From a bacterium (GTDB taxonomy: Bacteria > Margulisbacteria > Marinamargulisbacteria > SXXA01), in the NCBI GenBank assembly GCA_947465765.1, contig CANIAP010000005.1, forward strand, positions 11,860 to 75,859: DNA of 64,000 nt, given 5' to 3'. Under the pieces are notes generated by a model. It was not told the DNA's origin. It was given only the letters and a program-made list of their open reading frames with translations, and did no database searches. The position numbers were made by a program, and so were the translations under genes. How positions within the stretch are numbered: the stretch's first letter is position 1; every line of letters begins with the position of its first letter. Shown in pieces: positions 57,473 to 64,000 of this stretch.

Positions 57473-58762
57473 GTGAATGAACGAATTGCAATTATCGATG
57501 GAATTAGGACCCCGTTTTGTAAGGCTGGAGGACAATTGCGAGAGGTGTCGGCGGACCATTTAGGTGCGGTAGTGGCTCGGGAAATTATTGCCCGGACGGG
57601 TATTAGTGGGGAACAACTTGATGAAGTGATTTTTGGAAATGTCTCCCAACCCTCCAACGCGGCCAATATCGCTCGGGTGATTGGATTGCGGGCGGGGGTG
57701 CCTCAACGGGTTCCGGCCTACACGGTTCATCGTAATTGCGCTTCGGGAATGGAATCCGTGACCACTGCAGCGAACAAGATTTTGGCAGGTGAAGCCGATA
57801 TTATTTTGTCCGGTGGCACTGAATCCATGTCGAACATTCCTCTGATGTTTAACAAAAAGATGGTTCGTTTTTTTGAAGAACTAGGAAAGGCGAAGACCAC
57901 CGTCCAAAAGGTGAAGGTGCTATTGACCTTTCGGTTAGGACATTTGGCCCCGGTGTTAGGCATTGTCGAAGGACTCACCGATCCGATTTGTGGCCTCATT
58001 ATGGGGCTGACGGCCGAAAAACTGTCTCGTGAATTTGGAATTTCACGACAAGAACAAGATCAGTACGCATTGGCGTCCCATTCGAAAGCCCTTGCGGCGA
58101 TTCAAGCGGGTCGGTTTGCGGAAGAAATTGTCCCTTTACCCGTTCCCCCTCAATTTAAATCGGTAATTATCCAGGATGATGGCCCTCGTGCAAACCAAAC
58201 CATTGAGGCGCTTCAGAAATTGAAGCCCTATTTTGATCGAAAAAACGGAACCGTGACCGTGGGGAATGCATGTCCTTTAACTGACGGTGCAGCGGCGGTG
58301 ATTGTAATGAAAGAATCCAAGGCCAAAGCGTTGGGCTTAAACCCACTCGGGTACCTTCGCGGGTATGGGTATGCGGGGTTGGAGCCCGAACGAATGGGTT
58401 TGGGACCGATTTATGCATCGGCGAAGGTGTTGGAACGGACCGGATTAGCTGTGTCGGATATGGATTTATTCGAAATCAACGAAGCATTTTCGGCGCAAGT
58501 ATTGGCCAATCTTCGCGCCTTTGAATCGACGGAATTTGCATCCCAAAAGCTGGGTCGTTCAACCGCGTTGGGGGCGATTGATCCGGATAAACTCAACGTA
58601 AACGGCGGGGCGGTGGCCCTCGGGCATCCGGTTGGGACCTCTGGGATCCGGTTGATTATCACAACCTTAAAGGAACTCCGCCGGCGAGGAAAACAACGCG
58701 GATTAGCGTCGCTTTGTGTGGGCGGTGGTCAGGGTGGTGCCGTCATCGTGGAAGTGGAATAA
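57473..58762 (+). CDS. fadA: Acetyl-CoA C-acyltransferase (3-ketoacyl-CoA thiolase)
   Basis: GTG start with AAGGAG 9 nt upstream. Active-site NCASGMES, NGGAVALGHPVGTSG, and CVGGGQGGA. Confidence 0.93.
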   Translation: MNERIAIIDGIRTPFCKAGGQLREVSADHLGAVVAREIIARTGISGEQLDEVIFGNVSQPSNAANIARVIGLRAGVPQRVPAYTVHRNCASGMESVTTAANKILAGEADIILSGGTESMSNIPLMFNKKMVRFFEELGKAKTTVQKVKVLLTFRLGHLAPVLGIVEGLTDPICGLIMGLTAEKLSREFGISRQEQDQYALASHSKALAAIQAGRFAEEIVPLPVPPQFKSVIIQDDGPRANQTIEALQKLKPYFDRKNGTVTVGNACPLTDGAAAVIVMKESKAKALGLNPLGYLRGYGYAGLEPERMGLGPIYASAKVLERTGLAVSDMDLFEINEAFSAQVLANLRAFESTEFASQKLGRSTALGAIDPDKLNVNGGAVALGHPVGTSGIRLIITTLKELRRRGKQRGLASLCVGGGQGGAVIVEVE

Positions 58763-58765
58763 CTA

Positions 58766-60898
58766 ATGGCACACTACTTTTCACTCTCGATTGAGCACGG
58801 CATCGGATGGTTGACCTTCGATTGCCCTGGAGAAAAAATTAATAAATTGAGCGCCTCGGCGTTGGCCGAGTTGTCCGAAATGATCGCTCAGGCAAAAACC
58901 GCGAGCGACTTGCAAGTATTGGTCATTGTGAGTGCGAAGACGGATATCTTTGTCGCCGGGGCAGATATCGCAGAAATCCAAAACATTGATACCCCGGAGG
59001 ACGGCTATGCCAAAGCCCGAAGCGGCCAATCTATTTTTGACCAATTGGCGTCGTTTCCGATGCCGACGATTGCGGCCATTGACGGTGCGGCGCTGGGGGG
59101 CGGTTTAGAACTGGCGTTGGCCTGTTTATTTAGGGTTGTCTCAGATAATCCGAAGACCCAGTTGGGATTACCGGAAGTTAACTTGGGAATTATTCCTGGA
59201 TTTGGTGGCACCCAACGGCTCCCTCGGTTGATTGGGGTTCAGGCGGCGTTGCCGATGATTATTTCGGGTGGATCGGTGGATGGTAATAAAGCAGAAAAAT
59301 TGGGTTTAGCGGATCGCTGCGTATCGTCTGCATTTTTTAGATCTGAAGTCGTCCGATTTTGTAAAGAATGCGGGTCCGATGAGGGGCGGCAACGAATTTT
59401 GGCCCGTCGCCAGTCGAATGTTAAAGGCCAATGGGTTGAGGCACTTCCGTTTGGTTTGGCCATGGTCGCATCCACCGCAAGACGGGCCGTCATACTCAAA
59501 ACCCATGGCCACTATCCCGCACCGTTTGTGGCCATTCGATCGGTGGTGGAGGGGTTGAAGCTTTCCCTTGCCGACGGTCTGGATCAGGAAGCCCATCGAT
59601 TCTCAGAATTAGTGGGGACTCCAATTTCAAAGAACCTTATCGCACTATTTTTTATCCAAGAAGAATTAAAAAAATATACGGGTGTCCCAGCGGGTGTGCT
59701 GGCACGACCGGTCCGTCATTCGGGTGTGATCGGGGCCGGCCTCATGGGGGGGGGTATTGCCTGGCTACTCAGTTCCAAAGGCATTGCAGTTCGAATCAAA
59801 GATGTGAACTGGAATGCGATAAATTTGGCGTACCAATCGGCCTCGAAGATTTACGCAAAATTGGTAGAGAACCGAAAAATGACCCGTTGCGAGTCGCAAT
59901 TGGGGCTCAATGGGATTTCGGCGACGACCGATTATTCCGGATTTGGAACCGCCGAGGTAGTGATCGAAGCGGTGGTCGAAAATATGGAAATTAAAAAGAA
60001 GGTATTGGGTGAACTTGAAACCCATCTTCGGGAGGATGCGGTGATTGCCTCCAATACATCGTCTCTCTCGGTGACCGAAATGGCCTCGGGGCTGACCCAT
60101 CCGGAACGGTTTGTGGGGATGCATTTTTTTTCACCGGTGAATCGGATGCCGTTGGTCGAGATTGTTCCAGGAGAAAAAACATCGCCCGAAACCATAGCGA
60201 CGGTTGTTCAATTGGCAAAAACGCTTAAAAAGACACCGATTGTGGTCAAAAATGGTCCGGGGTTTTTGGTCAATCGAATTTTGATTCCCTATGTGAACGA
60301 GGCCGTATGGTTATTGGAGGATGGCGCTGAAATCGCCGATATCGACCGAATTATGGAAGGATTTGGGATGCCGTTAGGGCCATTGGCATTGGCAGACGAA
60401 GTGGGTTTGGACGTGGGCTATAAAGTGGCCAAAATTTTGGAGGCTGGATTTGGCGAACGGATGGCGGTTGCCCCCAGCTTTGACCGAATTCATCAAAAAG
60501 ATGACTTGAAAGGAAAGAAATCCGGCAAGGGATTTTACATCCACGAAGGGATTGCGAAAAAACCGAATCCGGATATTGCGACTTTGATTTATCGAGGAGA
60601 TGACCATGCGATATCCTCTGAGGATATTTTAGATCGATTGGTATTGATCATGATCAACGAAGCGTCCCGATGTATCGCCGAAGGGGTGGTCGAGAAGCCG
60701 GAATATCTGGACATCGCCATGGTGATGGGCGCGGGATTCCCTCCGTTTCGACTGGGGTTATGTCGGTATGCGGATCAACGGGGTATTTCTGAAATCGTTG
60801 GGCGATTGGATACCTTGTCTAAGACCGCCGGTACTCGATTTGTTCCGTCGAATGCATTAGTTCAAATGACCAAAGTGTCCTCGACCTTTTATAGTTAA
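58766..60898 (+). CDS. Multifunctional fatty-acid oxidation enzyme (enoyl-CoA hydratase plus 3-hydroxyacyl-CoA dehydrogenase; FadB/FadJ type)
   Basis: N-terminal crotonase fold (FVAGADI, GGGLELALAC) and a central NAD fold (VIGAGLMGGGIAW), with 3HCDH C-terminal repeats. Confidence 0.92.
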   Translation: MAHYFSLSIEHGIGWLTFDCPGEKINKLSASALAELSEMIAQAKTASDLQVLVIVSAKTDIFVAGADIAEIQNIDTPEDGYAKARSGQSIFDQLASFPMPTIAAIDGAALGGGLELALACLFRVVSDNPKTQLGLPEVNLGIIPGFGGTQRLPRLIGVQAALPMIISGGSVDGNKAEKLGLADRCVSSAFFRSEVVRFCKECGSDEGRQRILARRQSNVKGQWVEALPFGLAMVASTARRAVILKTHGHYPAPFVAIRSVVEGLKLSLADGLDQEAHRFSELVGTPISKNLIALFFIQEELKKYTGVPAGVLARPVRHSGVIGAGLMGGGIAWLLSSKGIAVRIKDVNWNAINLAYQSASKIYAKLVENRKMTRCESQLGLNGISATTDYSGFGTAEVVIEAVVENMEIKKKVLGELETHLREDAVIASNTSSLSVTEMASGLTHPERFVGMHFFSPVNRMPLVEIVPGEKTSPETIATVVQLAKTLKKTPIVVKNGPGFLVNRILIPYVNEAVWLLEDGAEIADIDRIMEGFGMPLGPLALADEVGLDVGYKVAKILEAGFGERMAVAPSFDRIHQKDDLKGKKSGKGFYIHEGIAKKPNPDIATLIYRGDDHAISSEDILDRLVLIMINEASRCIAEGVVEKPEYLDIAMVMGAGFPPFRLGLCRYADQRGISEIVGRLDTLSKTAGTRFVPSNALVQMTKVSSTFYS

Positions 60899-60925
60899 TT
60901 TATATTTCATTACCAAGGGGTTCTT

Positions 60926-62776
60926 ATGCAAATTACGGATAATAAAGAAAAACAGCAGGCACTCGATTTAACAGAAGATTCCCGTCAAACGGAATGGCGG
61001 GCAAGTTTTGTCGCCGAGTTATTTAAGGGTAATTTTCGGTGGGATTTAATTCATCCATATCCCACGCAATCTGAGTCAGAAAAAGCCATTGGCGATAAGG
61101 TATTGGAAGACCTTGAAGCGGTCCTTAAAAAACATATCGATCCCGAGGCGGTTGACCGCAATGGCGAAGTTCCAAAAGTGGCGTTAAAAGCCCTAATCGA
61201 TGGCGGATTTTTTGGGATGAAAATTGCGAAGGAATACGGAGGGATGGGCCTCTCGGTATACAACTATACTCGGGCAATGGCCCTTGTCGGCAGCTATTGT
61301 GGCTCGACGGCCGTGTGGCTTTCAGCACACCAAAGTATTGGGGTTCCTCAACCATTAAAGCTATTTGGGACCAAAGAACAAAAAGAAAAATATCTTCCCC
61401 GTCTGGCCAAAGGTGCCATTTCAGCGTTTGCGCTTACGGAGCCTGAAGTCGGATCGGATCCGGCAAGAATGACCACGTCTGCCATTTTGACGCCTGATGA
61501 GAAGCATTACATCATCAACGGCGAAAAATTATATATTACGAATGGCCCCGATGCCGAATTGCTGGTGGTGATGGTTTTGACCCCTCCGGTGATGGTGAAC
61601 GGTAAGGAAAAAAAGCAGATCACCGCGATCATCGTGGAAAAGACGACCCCTGGATTTGAAGTCATCAGCCGCAGTAGTTTTATGGGAATTCGTGGAATTG
61701 CCAATGGACGGCTTCGATTTACGAATGTCAAAGTGCCGGTCGAAAATGTCATCGGAAAGCCTGGGGAAGGCCTAAAAATTGCGTTGGTGACCCTCAACGC
61801 GGGGCGTCTGACCATTCCTGCGATTTCAGCGGCCGCTGGAAAATTGAGCATGGTAATTGCCAAGGATTGGAGCAGTCGTCGGGTTCAGTGGGGCTGTCCA
61901 GTGGGCGAGCACCAGGCGGTCCAGGCCAAGCTTGCAAAAATTACGATGGATACCTTTTCAATGGATAGTGTCGGGATGCTTGCGGCCTCACTCGCGGATA
62001 CCGATGCGGTGGATATTCGTTTAGAAGCGGCGATGGCCAAATATTATGGATCCGAAAGGGCTTGGATCGTGGCCGATGAATTGGTCCAAATTCGCGGTGG
62101 CCGAGGATTTGAAACGGCTACCTCGCTTAAAAATCGGGGCGAGGACGCGTACCCAGCGGAACGGTTGTTGCGGGATCTTCGGATTAACCGGATTATCGAA
62201 GGTACCTCCGAAATTATGCAGTTGTTTATCGCCCGAGAAGCGATGGATGTTCACCTTAAATTTATTATGGGATTGATGAATCCAAAGGCCTCATTTTCGG
62301 TGAAGTTGGGTATCTTAGGAAAAATGGCTGCCTTTTATTCTTGGTGGTATCCGAAACAATGGGTGCGGTTGCCCAAGACATTTGGGGTTACCTATTTGAA
62401 TTGGCGCAATCGACGCCACTTAACTTATATCGACAAGACGGCTAAGAAATTGGCGGTCCGGTTGTTTCATACGATGGCGCGATACCAAATCAAATTGGAA
62501 AAAGAGCAATTGATTTTAGCTCAATATGTCGATATTGGGACCGAGTTGTTTGCGATGGCGTCGAGCTTGTCTCGTGCTGAATTTATTCTGAAGGATACCC
62601 CCAATGATCGCTCAACCCAGGAAGTGGTGGATTTGATTTGCCAAAGTGCAAAGCGTCGAATTTGGAATCATTTTCGCGCGATCAACTGTAACGACAGTCG
62701 GTTGATCGGCATCGTGAGTACCCACCTACTCGCCGGTCGGTATGACTGGATGACGTCAGGTATTGTTAAGCCCTAA
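60926..62776 (+). CDS. Long acyl-CoA dehydrogenase (~616 aa, VLCAD/FadE-like with C-terminal extension)
   Basis: ACAD motifs (FALTEPEVGSDPA, IRGGRGF, IIEGTSEIM) plus a ~170-aa C-terminal helical extension. Confidence 0.9.
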   Translation: MQITDNKEKQQALDLTEDSRQTEWRASFVAELFKGNFRWDLIHPYPTQSESEKAIGDKVLEDLEAVLKKHIDPEAVDRNGEVPKVALKALIDGGFFGMKIAKEYGGMGLSVYNYTRAMALVGSYCGSTAVWLSAHQSIGVPQPLKLFGTKEQKEKYLPRLAKGAISAFALTEPEVGSDPARMTTSAILTPDEKHYIINGEKLYITNGPDAELLVVMVLTPPVMVNGKEKKQITAIIVEKTTPGFEVISRSSFMGIRGIANGRLRFTNVKVPVENVIGKPGEGLKIALVTLNAGRLTIPAISAAAGKLSMVIAKDWSSRRVQWGCPVGEHQAVQAKLAKITMDTFSMDSVGMLAASLADTDAVDIRLEAAMAKYYGSERAWIVADELVQIRGGRGFETATSLKNRGEDAYPAERLLRDLRINRIIEGTSEIMQLFIAREAMDVHLKFIMGLMNPKASFSVKLGILGKMAAFYSWWYPKQWVRLPKTFGVTYLNWRNRRHLTYIDKTAKKLAVRLFHTMARYQIKLEKEQLILAQYVDIGTELFAMASSLSRAEFILKDTPNDRSTQEVVDLICQSAKRRIWNHFRAINCNDSRLIGIVSTHLLAGRYDWMTSGIVKP

Positions 62777-62792
62777 GGGGGGATGGACAGAA

Positions 62793-62822
62793 TTGCGGCA
62801 TCAGAAGCCGGTTTGGTATAGT
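62793..62822 (+). promoter_or_regulatory. Candidate sigma70-type promoter upstream of gap
   Basis: TTGCGG (62793-62798), an 18-nt spacer, then TATAGT (62817-62822). Confidence 0.45.
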
Positions 62823-62830
62823 TCAATTAA

Positions 62831-63862
<1,032 letters not shown>

Positions 63863-63866
63863 CGAG

Positions 63867-64000
63867 ATGGTGCTTACGATTCATTCCCTATCGAACATGA
63901 CCACCGCTGAGCTTGAGGGCAAGCGGGTATTAGTGCGTGTCGATTTTAATGTCCCTTTAGAAAATGGGCGCATCTCCGATGATTCTCGTCTTGAAGCGTC
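63867..64000 (+). CDS. pgk: Phosphoglycerate kinase, N-terminal fragment (continues beyond the window)
   Basis: The ATG at 63867 opens [42 protein letters not shown]..., the canonical Pgk N-terminus. It lies directly after gap. Confidence 0.9.
   Translation, partial: MVLTIHSLSNMTTAELEGKRVLVRVDFNVPLENGRISDDSRLEA

Overview
This window is a very gene-dense, almost entirely housekeeping stretch of a bacterial chromosome. GC looks moderate by eye and the genetic code is standard. I can support about 55 protein-coding genes and one tRNA-Leu(CAA). The genes cover these functions: translation (lepA, pheST, rpsP-KH-ylqD-trmD-rplS, mnmA); DNA repair and replication (recJ, pcrA, mutS, priA, uvrB); nucleotide and cofactor metabolism (nrdAB, nadB, a nadD-coaE fusion, lipA); lipid metabolism (plsY, gpsA, and a full beta-oxidation block of acyl-CoA ligase, thiolase, fadB-type enzyme and acyl-CoA dehydrogenase); central metabolism (icd-like, fumC, gap, pgk, ppa); and amino-acid genes (argC, trpC, cysE, aroE, pdaD). 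I found no rRNA, CRISPR array, transposase or integrase, phage genes or recognisable defence or toxin modules. Many neighbouring genes overlap by 1-30 nt or share start and stop codons, and two convergent pairs share a TTAA stop palindrome, so intergenic space is scarce. I could not identify a convincing novel multi-gene system. The items most worth a second look are: (1) a compound, extensively paired hairpin element in the unusually long pcrA-pepN gap, which may be an ncRNA or an elaborate terminator; (2) a NadD-CoaE fusion protein; (3) an orphan divergent gene pair next to the tRNA; (4) two overlapping small ORFs that a 1-nt change in a homopolymer would fuse; (5) an rpsP operon that carries ylqD but no rimM; and (6) a eukaryote-type UDPGP-family pyrophosphorylase. 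All functional calls rest on motif recognition by eye, and no database search was possible.
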